The notes under the pieces are model-generated. The model did no database searches, was not told the DNA's origin, and saw only the letters and a program-made list of their open reading frames with translations. Shown in pieces: positions 1 to 7,717 of a stretch of DNA of 35,550 nucleotides. Origin of the DNA: an uncultured Megasphaera sp. (GTDB taxonomy: Bacteria; Bacillota; Negativicutes; Veillonellales; Megasphaeraceae); the NCBI GenBank assembly GCA_902388315.1, contig CABMPA010000001.1, positions 1-35,550 of the forward strand, in the 5' to 3' direction. The translations under genes were made by a program, and so were the position numbers. Numbering within the stretch: position 1 is the first letter of the stretch; every line of letters starts with the position of its first letter.

Positions 1-63
1 CAGGAAAGGCTTGACCTTTTTTGCATAGAATTAAGTCCATGTGAATTTTTTTGTCCAAATCCG

Positions 64-92
64 TTGTGATTCATTAAGGCATGTGATAAAAT
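64..92 (+). promoter_or_regulatory. Putative sigma70 promoter of the HTH regulator gene
   Basis: TTGTGA (64-69), 17-bp spacer, TG-n-TAAAAT extended -10 (84-92) in an AT-rich intergenic region. Confidence 0.5.
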
Positions 93-211
93 GTACATGC
101 TTTGGTGAATTAAATCTATTCGATGAATGAATATTTTTCATGCATTTTATAAACTATAATAAATATTTGTATAATAAACTTACACAAACTTATTTATAAG
201 GAGGTTCCAAC

Positions 212-1672
212 GTGATTTCAGATGGATATGCATCGACGTTAAAACGGCTCATTACCTTCACTCAGGCTAAGTTCATCTCCCTGGCCGATGTCGTCGGTTA
301 CGACGTTTCCTATGTCAATAAATGGAGCAACGGCACGAAATTACCGTCTTCCCGTTATGTCGAACGGATTAACGAGGAAATGGGCCAGTACTTCGCCGAA
401 CTGATTGCCAAGCAAAAGAAAGAAGCCAAATTCTTCAAGGCTTTCCCTATTTCAGAGAACACCGATGACTTAGGCTTTGAAATCGGCCAGTATCTCTGCG
501 CAGCCTACCGGACGACCCTCAATCAGAGCCATTCCCCCAAGGGAAAAGAAAATCGGCCATCCATTCAAGTCATTACCGGCCATCACGATACGTCGGCTTT
601 TTTGTCGGACTTACTGCAAAAAAGCATCCAAATTCTGGAATCAGACGGGGAACTCCTGGTCCTCGGTGAATTCTGCACCTTGTATAAGACGGGATTCTGG
701 AAGTATTTCGACGGGCTGAAATTGCAGCACAAGCTGACCATCCGCGTCGGCCTGGACCTGGACAAAATCGAAGAAAACTTCGATGACTTACTGACGGTGT
801 ACCGCATCCTCGACAGCTTCCTGGACATTGATTTCGTCTTTTACGACATCCAGGATACGTCCAATGCCAACCTCATTATCCTCAAGGACGCGTTTGTCGT
901 CCAGTACGCCTTGGACACGCAGCCCCGCTTCAAGATGTGCACTTATATCTTCGACGAATCTTTAATCAGTGATATTTATGAAAAATTCAGCTTCAACGGC
1001 GCCGAAAAGAAACCCCTCATGTCGACGGTCAGCTCTCTGGGGCTGGAAGAACTCGGCTACCGCACGGCCTTCTATGCGACGACGAAATTCTTCTTCTACT
1101 TGACTATCGGCTTTGAATTTCTCCTGCCCCACGAAGTCTTCGACCACATCAGCGAAGGGGTATCGCCGGAACAGGCCTTTGCCATCCAGCGCCTCTGCGT
1201 CACGTGGGAAGAAATCCTCAACGCTTCGGAAATCACCTTCATCATGCCGACGACATCGCTATTGCGCTACGTCGAATCGGGTTATATCTACCTGACCGAT
1301 ATCGAATATAATTTGACTGCTGAAGAACGGAAAGAGCATATCAAAAGTATCTTTGAAGGCCTGGAAAAGAATCCACACTTAACGACCGGCGTCCTCTTGC
1401 CAACAGTCAGCGACGACATGTACACGGGCAAGGACTTGTCCTTCTATTCTAACTACAAGACGGGCTTCCTGAAAAAGAACAAGCGGAACATCCACAACGA
1501 CGCCGATTCGTTCTACGTCATCAACAGCAAACGCCTTCATTCTATCCTGCTCAATTCCTTCCAGAACATGAAGAACCAGCCGTCCTACCGTCAATATGAT
1601 TTAGAAGCATTGAAGAAAAAATACGAAACCTATAAACCGCTCATCGAACGGACCCTGTCCCTGTCGAAGTGA
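212..1672 (+). CDS. XRE-like helix-turn-helix protein with large uncharacterised C-terminal domain (putative regulator), 486 aa
   Basis: GTG start after AAGGAGGT; N-terminal LADVVGYDVSYVNKWSNGTKLPS is an XRE/Cro HTH pattern; genome-typical codon usage. Confidence 0.75.
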   Translation: MISDGYASTLKRLITFTQAKFISLADVVGYDVSYVNKWSNGTKLPSSRYVERINEEMGQYFAELIAKQKKEAKFFKAFPISENTDDLGFEIGQYLCAAYRTTLNQSHSPKGKENRPSIQVITGHHDTSAFLSDLLQKSIQILESDGELLVLGEFCTLYKTGFWKYFDGLKLQHKLTIRVGLDLDKIEENFDDLLTVYRILDSFLDIDFVFYDIQDTSNANLIILKDAFVVQYALDTQPRFKMCTYIFDESLISDIYEKFSFNGAEKKPLMSTVSSLGLEELGYRTAFYATTKFFFYLTIGFEFLLPHEVFDHISEGVSPEQAFAIQRLCVTWEEILNASEITFIMPTTSLLRYVESGYIYLTDIEYNLTAEERKEHIKSIFEGLEKNPHLTTGVLLPTVSDDMYTGKDLSFYSNYKTGFLKKNKRNIHNDADSFYVINSKRLHSILLNSFQNMKNQPSYRQYDLEALKKKYETYKPLIERTLSLSK

Positions 1673-1705
1673 AAAAGAGCTGTCGCGCTGCGACAGCTCT
1701 TTTTT
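1672..1705. terminator. Bidirectional intrinsic terminator; short hairpin (module A) of the intergenic repeat family
   Basis: AAAAAGAGCTGTCGC-gct-GCGACAGCTCTTTTTT between convergent genes. Confidence 0.85.
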
Positions 1706-1749
1706 CTTTACAGTCCGCAACTCATAACATGGTCCGCGGCTGTGTTGAA

Positions 1750-3333
1750 CTATTTATTCATTTCTTCTTTCATCTTTTTCAAGCCCATGGGCTTATCTTC
1801 AAAGAGGAAGGCCGGCATGAGTTTGACGTCATCGAGGATAGGTTTGAATCCCATCTGGTCGAGGATATCTTTCTGGAGGTCAACGCCCGGTGCGATTTCA
1901 GTCAGGTGGACGCCGTCTTCTTTCATTTCAAATACAGCGCGTTCCGTGATGTACAGGACATGCTGTTTATGCTTCCGGGCATAGTTGCCGCTGAAGGTGA
2001 TGTGGCCGACTTCGGGGACGAATTTCTTGACTTTCCCTTCCTGCGTGATATGCAGTTCGCCATCTTTGATTTCTTCGCGGAGTTTCCCCGTCGTGAAAGT
2101 ACCGCAGAAGACGACGTTCTTCGTATTCTGGGTGATGTTGACGAAGCCGCCGCAGCCAGCAATACGCGTGCCGAACTTGGATACGTTGATGTTGCCGTCC
2201 TTGTCACATTCAGCCAGGCCCAGGCAGGTCAGGTCAAGGCCGCCGCCATCGTAGAAGTCGAACTGTGTAGCCTGGTCCATGTAAGCTTCGGCATTGACAG
2301 AAGCCCCAAAGCGGACGCCGCCGAGGGGAACGCCGCCGATAGCCCCGGCTTCGACAGTCATCGTCAGGCTGTCGCCGATACCTTCTTCGTTAGCAACCGA
2401 TGAAACGAGTTCAGGAATACCGATACCCAGGTTGATGACAGCTTCATTGCTCATGTTGAGGAGCAAGAGGGCTGCCCGGCGGGCAATGACTTTCTTGGCA
2501 TTGAGCGGAGCCGGATCGAGGGCTTTGACGGGAATCGTCGTTTCACCGGTCAGAGACGGGTCGTATTCGCAATCGAAGGACTGCTGGCGTTTGGTTTCAT
2601 CATCGACCTGGACGACATAGTCGACATAGATGCCCGGTACTTTGACCAGTTTCGGATCGAGCGTGCCGCCTTTGACGATTTTTTCGACCTGGACGACGAC
2701 GATACCGCCGCTGTTATGGACAGCCTGTGCCAGCGGGGTAGCATCGAAAGGCGATACTTCTTTAGTCAGGACGACGTTGCCCCATTCATCGGCATAAGTC
2801 CCGCGGATGAAGCCGATATTCATATCCATGCGCGGATAGAAGAGCTGGTCATGGCCTTCGATGTTGATGACTTTGACGAAGTCTTCTTTAGTGACGTCAT
2901 TGAGGCGGCCGCCGCTGATGCGGGGATCGGCAAAGGTATCGAGGCCGACGTGGGTAATCGTGCCTAAACGATGAGCTGCGACGTCACGGAAATACTGGGA
3001 CAGCGTACCCTGAGGCAGGTTATAGGCCTGGATTTTATTTTCATTGACTAATTTCTGTAAAGATGTAACGGCATTCCAATGGCCGAGGATGGCTTTTTTC
3101 AGCATCCCTTCGTGGGCGAAATGGTCGCCGCCGCGGCCATCTGTATTCCCTTGGGAAGCGGCATAGATGAGAGTCAAATCTCTCGGCGAGCCCGTGTTGA
3201 GGAAGCGTTCTTCCAGTGCGCTGGTCAAAGCTTCAGGCTGGCCGGAACCGACGAACCCATTGGTCGTAACGACGTCACCGTCTTTGACGAGCTGAGCTGC
3301 TTCTTGAGCTGTAATTATTTTCACTTGTTTCAT
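1750..3333 (-). CDS. pct: Family I acyl-CoA:acetate/propionate CoA-transferase (fused alpha/beta, Pct/YdiF type), 527 aa
   Basis: Start MKQVKIITAQEAA after CAGGAG; motifs YNLPQG, VINLGIGIPE, TVEAG (catalytic Glu), GNINVSKFG..GCGGFVNITQN, VLYITERAVF. Substrate not determinable; may be a paralogue of the characterised Pct. Confidence 0.85.
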   Translation of the reverse strand: MKQVKIITAQEAAQLVKDGDVVTTNGFVGSGQPEALTSALEERFLNTGSPRDLTLIYAASQGNTDGRGGDHFAHEGMLKKAILGHWNAVTSLQKLVNENKIQAYNLPQGTLSQYFRDVAAHRLGTITHVGLDTFADPRISGGRLNDVTKEDFVKVINIEGHDQLFYPRMDMNIGFIRGTYADEWGNVVLTKEVSPFDATPLAQAVHNSGGIVVVQVEKIVKGGTLDPKLVKVPGIYVDYVVQVDDETKRQQSFDCEYDPSLTGETTIPVKALDPAPLNAKKVIARRAALLLLNMSNEAVINLGIGIPELVSSVANEEGIGDSLTMTVEAGAIGGVPLGGVRFGASVNAEAYMDQATQFDFYDGGGLDLTCLGLAECDKDGNINVSKFGTRIAGCGGFVNITQNTKNVVFCGTFTTGKLREEIKDGELHITQEGKVKKFVPEVGHITFSGNYARKHKQHVLYITERAVFEMKEDGVHLTEIAPGVDLQKDILDQMGFKPILDDVKLMPAFLFEDKPMGLKKMKEEMNK

Positions 3334-3369
3334 ATCTTCCATCTCCTGTTTCTTCACGTTTGTTATATG

Positions 3370-3391
3370 CATTTCGTGGCTTCATTATACA
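3370..3391 (-). promoter_or_regulatory. -10 element and candidate operator half-site of the CoA-transferase gene
   Basis: Minus strand TG-TATAAT-gaagcc-ACGAAATG; no consensus -35. Confidence 0.45.
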
Positions 3392-3461
3392 AAGGAGGCA
3401 TATGGAATGATAGACGAAAAGGATGGACTATTTTGGTAGGAAAAAATTCCAAGAAGTCAAA

Positions 3462-4469
3462 TTACTGAGCTTCCAGGGCATTCCAGGCTTCATCAGCCCG
3501 TTCGACAAACATCTGGCGGACCGCTTCGTTTTCTCCCAGGCCATGGATATACGGGGTAACTTTGAATCCTTCTTTTTCCAGGACGCTCTTATGGGAATCG
3601 GCATCGGCGCCGGCCATATCGTTGTTGGCATGGTCACCGGCGACCATCATCATGGGCATGAGGATGACCTTCTTGATGCCCTTGGCCTTCAGTTGGGGAA
3701 TGACCGTATCCAGATGGGGCCAGCCTTCGACGGAATAGACGTAGACATTGCCCAGGTTCGCCGCATCGAGGCGGTTCTGGACGACGGAATAATAGGCATT
3801 GGCCGGATGCGGCGTGCCATGGGCCATGACCAGGATAGCCTCTTTCTTGCCGATTTTCGGGAACTGCGTCGAAAAGGCCTTGACGAATTCGGCGATATCG
3901 TCGCGCTGGTCTTCCTGACCCATCCAGTACAAAATCGGCGTGCCGAGGGTCATTTTTTTGAAATCCTTTTTATAGAGGTCGAAAATAGCCGAATCATAAG
4001 CGTATTCCATACCAGGAATGACGTCAAGGGAGGTAATGGCCACGCGCGTATAGCCATCTTTTTTCAACTGGGCCATGGCCTGTTCCGGCGTCGGTACGGT
4101 CAGGTCTTCTTTGGCCTTGATGCGGTCGACGATGATATGCGACGTAAAGGCGACGACGACCTTCTGGTCCGGATGAGCCGCTTGGATGTCGGCGACGGTC
4201 TGGTCGATGGTCTTCTGGCGGCTGTCCTTATAGGTCGTGCCAAAGCTCAGTACCAGGATGGCATCTTTATTGGCCTCGTTCTGCTTTTCCGGGTTGTTGT
4301 ACGTGCGTACGCCGATTTCCGCGGCTTGTTTCAAAGCCGGCGTGGCGTCCTTGACTTCCGGGTTCAGCCTATAGCCGGCAGCAAAAGAAGGCGCCGAAAA
4401 AGCACCGAATGAAGTCAGGGCCAAAGACAAAATCAAGGCGGTTTTCAATTTTTTGTGAAACATGGTCAT
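3462..4469 (-). CDS. cbiK: Sirohydrochlorin cobaltochelatase CbiK family protein with N-terminal signal peptide, 335 aa
   Basis: AILVLSFGTT, VAFTS, MAHGT.H, VEGWP, PMMMVAGDHANNDMAG, GLGE motifs; signal KKLKTALILSLALTSFGAFSAPSFA; B12 riboswitch upstream. Confidence 0.9.
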   Translation of the reverse strand: MTMFHKKLKTALILSLALTSFGAFSAPSFAAGYRLNPEVKDATPALKQAAEIGVRTYNNPEKQNEANKDAILVLSFGTTYKDSRQKTIDQTVADIQAAHPDQKVVVAFTSHIIVDRIKAKEDLTVPTPEQAMAQLKKDGYTRVAITSLDVIPGMEYAYDSAIFDLYKKDFKKMTLGTPILYWMGQEDQRDDIAEFVKAFSTQFPKIGKKEAILVMAHGTPHPANAYYSVVQNRLDAANLGNVYVYSVEGWPHLDTVIPQLKAKGIKKVILMPMMMVAGDHANNDMAGADADSHKSVLEKEGFKVTPYIHGLGENEAVRQMFVERADEAWNALEAQ

Positions 4470-4492
4470 CTCTCCTTTGGAAAAATAAACAT

Positions 4493-4536
4493 AAAAAAGG
4501 ACCTCTCATGAAGTTTCACCATCATGCGAGGTCCTT
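4493..4536 (-). terminator. Terminator of the cobalamin riboswitch expression platform; resembles long hairpin (module C) of the repeat family
   Basis: Minus strand AAGGACCTCGCATGATggtgaaacTTCATGAGAGGTCCTTTTTT, about 25 nt before the cbiK start. Confidence 0.75.
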
Positions 4537-4626
4537 ATACACGTAGCCAATAACAGCCGGTACCGTATCCAGCCGCCAGCCATTACAATCCCCATCCCCA
4601 TCGCTCGCAGGTCAATCGGTGATCCT

Positions 4627-4781
4627 AATCAGGCAGTTCTTCTGGCTCGGATTCATGGCCATGGCTGCGCCTTCCCATACGCAAACGTACAGTGACATCA
4701 TTGCAGCCTGGCTCCTCCTTACAGCGGCGGGACCGCGCCGGTTTTGCACCGGACTTCTCTATTGAGCTTACGCACCTGATT
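4627..4781 (-). ncRNA. Cobalamin (B12) riboswitch
   Basis: Minus strand AATCAGGTGC..AATAGAGAAGTCCGGTGCAAAACCGGCGCGGTCCCGCCGCTGTAA..GTCACTG..GGGAAGG..GAGCCAGAAGAACTGCCTGATT; TATAAT at 4792-4797; upstream of cbiK. Confidence 0.95.
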
Positions 4782-4804
4782 GCGCTATGAAATTATATCG
4801 AAGT

Positions 4805-5317
4805 TTACAGGACTAACGTCGGGGCGACATACGTACGGGCCAATAATTCCTGATTCAAGGAATACAGGCCTTTAGCATCGCTGCCGAACATCTTGTATTT
4901 CTTGATCAAATCATCGGCGTTCTTTTCTTCTTCGCCCTGTTCCTTGACGAACCAGTCAAAGCACTGCATAGTCCGATAATCATGGACTTTATCGGCAGCC
5001 TGATAGATTTTGTTGATCAGCGACGTGACATACTGTTCATGAGCCAAGCCGGCTTTGAGGACCGCTTTGATGCTGTCAAAGTCGTTTTCCGGTTCGGCGA
5101 TGGCCGAGAAGGTAACGCGTTCACCATTGTTATGCAGGTAGGTCCGCATGAGCATAGCGTGATCCCGTTCTTCCTGAGCCTGAACATCGTACCAGTTGGC
5201 AAAGCCATCGAGGCCATTGTCATAGAAATAGTTAGCAAAAGCTAAATACAAATATTCCGAATAGAATTCCTGATTAATCTGGGCGTTGATCAATTCTTTT
5301 ACTTTTGCATCGAGCAT
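4805..5317 (-). CDS. ftnA: Non-haem ferritin, 170 aa
   Basis: INAQINQEFYSEYLY, QAQEERDHA, HEQYVT, WFVKEQGEEE ferroxidase motifs; AAGGAGGT RBS. Confidence 0.93.
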   Translation of the reverse strand: MLDAKVKELINAQINQEFYSEYLYLAFANYFYDNGLDGFANWYDVQAQEERDHAMLMRTYLHNNGERVTFSAIAEPENDFDSIKAVLKAGLAHEQYVTSLINKIYQAADKVHDYRTMQCFDWFVKEQGEEEKNADDLIKKYKMFGSDAKGLYSLNQELLARTYVAPTLVL

Positions 5318-5329
5318 AGCAGTACCTCC

Positions 5330-5394
5330 TTGAGATATATCTCAAAACCTGAACAGAACTTAATACATTTCACTGAACCGCTCTCATTATATCA
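5330..5394 (-). promoter_or_regulatory. Ferritin promoter (extended -10) and perfect 16-bp palindrome abutting the RBS
   Basis: TGATATAAT on minus at 5386-5394; TTGAGATATATCTCAA at 5330-5345. Confidence 0.55.
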
Positions 5395-5419
5395 CATTTA
5401 ATACTATCAGGAATACTTC

Positions 5420-6334
5420 TTATTTGCTCTTTTGTTCATCAATGACATTTTTGATGTTCTTCAAGTCCTTGATATCGACTTCTTTCAGGAGCTGGCGGAA
5501 CTGGACCAGCTGCTTTTCGACTTCCGGCGACAATTTCGGGAACTTCGGGTCAATGGCCTTGAGCGCTTTGAGGACAATCTGAGAGACGACATAGCGCGTA
5601 TACCATTTGTCATCAGCCGGTACGATATACCAGGGAGCGTACTTCGTCGACGTAGCCGACAAGACTTCACCGTAGACTTTCTGATAGCGGTTCCAATACT
5701 TTCGTTCTTCGATGTCGGACATGTCGAACTTCCAATTTTTCTGCTTAGTCACGATGCGGTCGATGAGGCGTTTCTTTTGTTCATCTTTCGACAGATGAAG
5801 GAAGATCTTGACCATGGGAAAGCCATTTTCCGATAAGTACCGTTCCCAGTCACGGATCTGGCGGTAGCGCTTTTCCCAAATATCCTTGCGAACGAGTTTT
5901 TCCGGCATACCATCGCTCTTGATGAGATTGTGGATGCGGGCGACGACGACTTCTTCATAGTGCGAGCGGTTGAAAATGCCGATTTCTCCCCGCCCTGGCA
6001 GGGCCTTATTGATGCGCCACATATAGTCGTGATCCAGTTCTTCCAAGCTCGGTTTCTTGAAACTCTGCACTTTGACGCCAGCCGGATTGAGCCGGGCAAA
6101 GACGTGTTTGACCGTACCATCTTTCCCGGCCGCATCCATGGCCTGCAGGACGATGACCAGGCCGTAATGGTTATCGGCAAACAGTTTTTCCTGTAAATCC
6201 TGCATTTCCGTAATGGTCTGGTCCAGCAGTTCTTCTTTGACCTTCTTCTTGTCGATGTCCACATCGCAGGCCGTCGACCACTGGGTCAAGTCGATTTTTT
6301 CGCCTTCTTTAGCTAAATATCGGGAAATATCCAT
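5420..6334 (-). CDS. ppk2: Polyphosphate kinase 2 family (polyP:nucleotide phosphotransferase, probably class III), 304 aa
   Basis: LQAMDAAGKDG Walker A, SFKKPS.EELDHDY, IFNRSHYE, KIFLHLSKDEQ, APWYIVPADDKW. Confidence 0.92.
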   Translation of the reverse strand: MDISRYLAKEGEKIDLTQWSTACDVDIDKKKVKEELLDQTITEMQDLQEKLFADNHYGLVIVLQAMDAAGKDGTVKHVFARLNPAGVKVQSFKKPSLEELDHDYMWRINKALPGRGEIGIFNRSHYEEVVVARIHNLIKSDGMPEKLVRKDIWEKRYRQIRDWERYLSENGFPMVKIFLHLSKDEQKKRLIDRIVTKQKNWKFDMSDIEERKYWNRYQKVYGEVLSATSTKYAPWYIVPADDKWYTRYVVSQIVLKALKAIDPKFPKLSPEVEKQLVQFRQLLKEVDIKDLKNIKNVIDEQKSK

Positions 6335-6373
6335 AGCAAAAACTCCTTTCTCTATCCATATCCATCAAGCTTC

Positions 6374-7717
6374 TCACGGGACGGTCTGCGGACCGCCTTT
6401 TCCCCAGCGGCTCCGCTTCCCGTTTTTATAGTCGATGTCAATAGCCCCTATCTTGACTTTACCATCGACAATGGAAAAGGCATCGGTCGATACGTCGCCA
6501 AAGAACATGGAAATGACGACGTCCCGGAAGTTCAAGGTCTTGCCATCCTGGGCAAAAGACCCGGAAATGCCCCGGAAGGGCAACTGGTGATAGCGTCCCG
6601 GACCGGACTGGAAATCACCATAAATGGCCTTCGTATGGGCCGTTTTATTTTCTTCCATGTGCAGATTCAAGTCGACATTGCAGCGCAGGAAGAGGTCATG
6701 GGCTGCAATACCGCCCTTGAGCTGGGATCCAGTCATGTCAGCTGTATACGATTTATCATCCAGGTTCACCTGTCCGTGGCCTTTCATAGAGCCTCCGAAG
6801 ACACCGGCCGTGACTTCGTTCACATCGAGCAGCCCTTGTTCATAATGGACCTGTCCTACGACATCGGTAAAGACCAGGGCCGTAATATCCAGGCGGTCCA
6901 TCTTTAAGGTCCCGTCGATGACCGGAGCATATAAAGGACCGCGGATGTCGGCCGAAACCGTCGCCGGGTCATCGATGTCCAGGCCGGCCCCCAGTGAACG
7001 GGGATTGCAGTCGCTCAGCAAAAGCGACAAGTTGTACTGCGGCGTTTCCGGCTTGAAATCCAGGCTCCCGCGGATGCGCAGGGACTTGGCCTCAAGGGTA
7101 CCGGAAAAGTGGCCAGCCCTCAAGTCGATATTCGTCTTGCCCCTGGTGTGGATATCGGAAGAGAACTCGACGTCGCCGATTTTGAAATGGCGGCCCGGCG
7201 CTTCGGCTTCAATGACGCTCTGATGGAGGGCGATATGACAATTAAAAGCACGGTTACTCTTGGGACCGGTAATCTTGATGAAATCCCGCGGGTCGCCGCT
7301 GTGAGAGTCACCGACGTTCTTGATATGCTGCAACTCCATTTTGTCATTAAATATCAAATGAATATAGGCATTATTCAAGGTCACGTCTTCGACGGTCTGC
7401 GTACCAATATGGGCGGTCAGGACGTCGCTTAATTTAACTGTGAATTGTCCCTCCGGAATTTGGACCAGTGTATGGCCATCTTCATCGTTCCACACCAGGT
7501 TCTCAAAGGAAACGGTCCCGCCGGGAGTCGCCGTCAGGCGTTCCACCGAAACCGTACCGGGGAAGAGCTGGCGTTCGGCGACGACTTGATTGAAGATATC
7601 CGCTGCCTTATAGCTCATATAGAAACAAAGGGCGTAAAGGACAGCGGCGGCGATTAAGGCAATCCCTCCGATGCGTTTCAGCTGCCTTTTATGTCGGATA
7701 TACCACTTATTCCACAT
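6374..7717 (-). CDS. AsmA/TamB-like bridge protein (single N-terminal TM, beta-taco repeats), about 447 aa
   Basis: Basic N-terminus plus TM; V.DVTLNNAYIHL and many amphipathic beta strands (GPLYAPVIDGTLKM, AGVFGGSMKGHGQVNL); ATG overlaps the upstream stop. Confidence 0.65.
   Translation of the reverse strand: MWNKWYIRHKRQLKRIGGIALIAAAVLYALCFYMSYKAADIFNQVVAERQLFPGTVSVERLTATPGGTVSFENLVWNDEDGHTLVQIPEGQFTVKLSDVLTAHIGTQTVEDVTLNNAYIHLIFNDKMELQHIKNVGDSHSGDPRDFIKITGPKSNRAFNCHIALHQSVIEAEAPGRHFKIGDVEFSSDIHTRGKTNIDLRAGHFSGTLEAKSLRIRGSLDFKPETPQYNLSLLLSDCNPRSLGAGLDIDDPATVSADIRGPLYAPVIDGTLKMDRLDITALVFTDVVGQVHYEQGLLDVNEVTAGVFGGSMKGHGQVNLDDKSYTADMTGSQLKGGIAAHDLFLRCNVDLNLHMEENKTAHTKAIYGDFQSGPGRYHQLPFRGISGSFAQDGKTLNFRDVVISMFFGDVSTDAFSIVDGKVKIGAIDIDYKNGKRSRWGKGGPQTVP

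Noticed and set aside
1669..2403. 244-aa + strand ORF and similar long antisense ORFs (3423-4412, 7671-8282, 21014-21658, 29805-30575, 32437-33072)
   Set aside because: Shadow frames of well-supported genes, expected from the codon bias; no RBS or motifs
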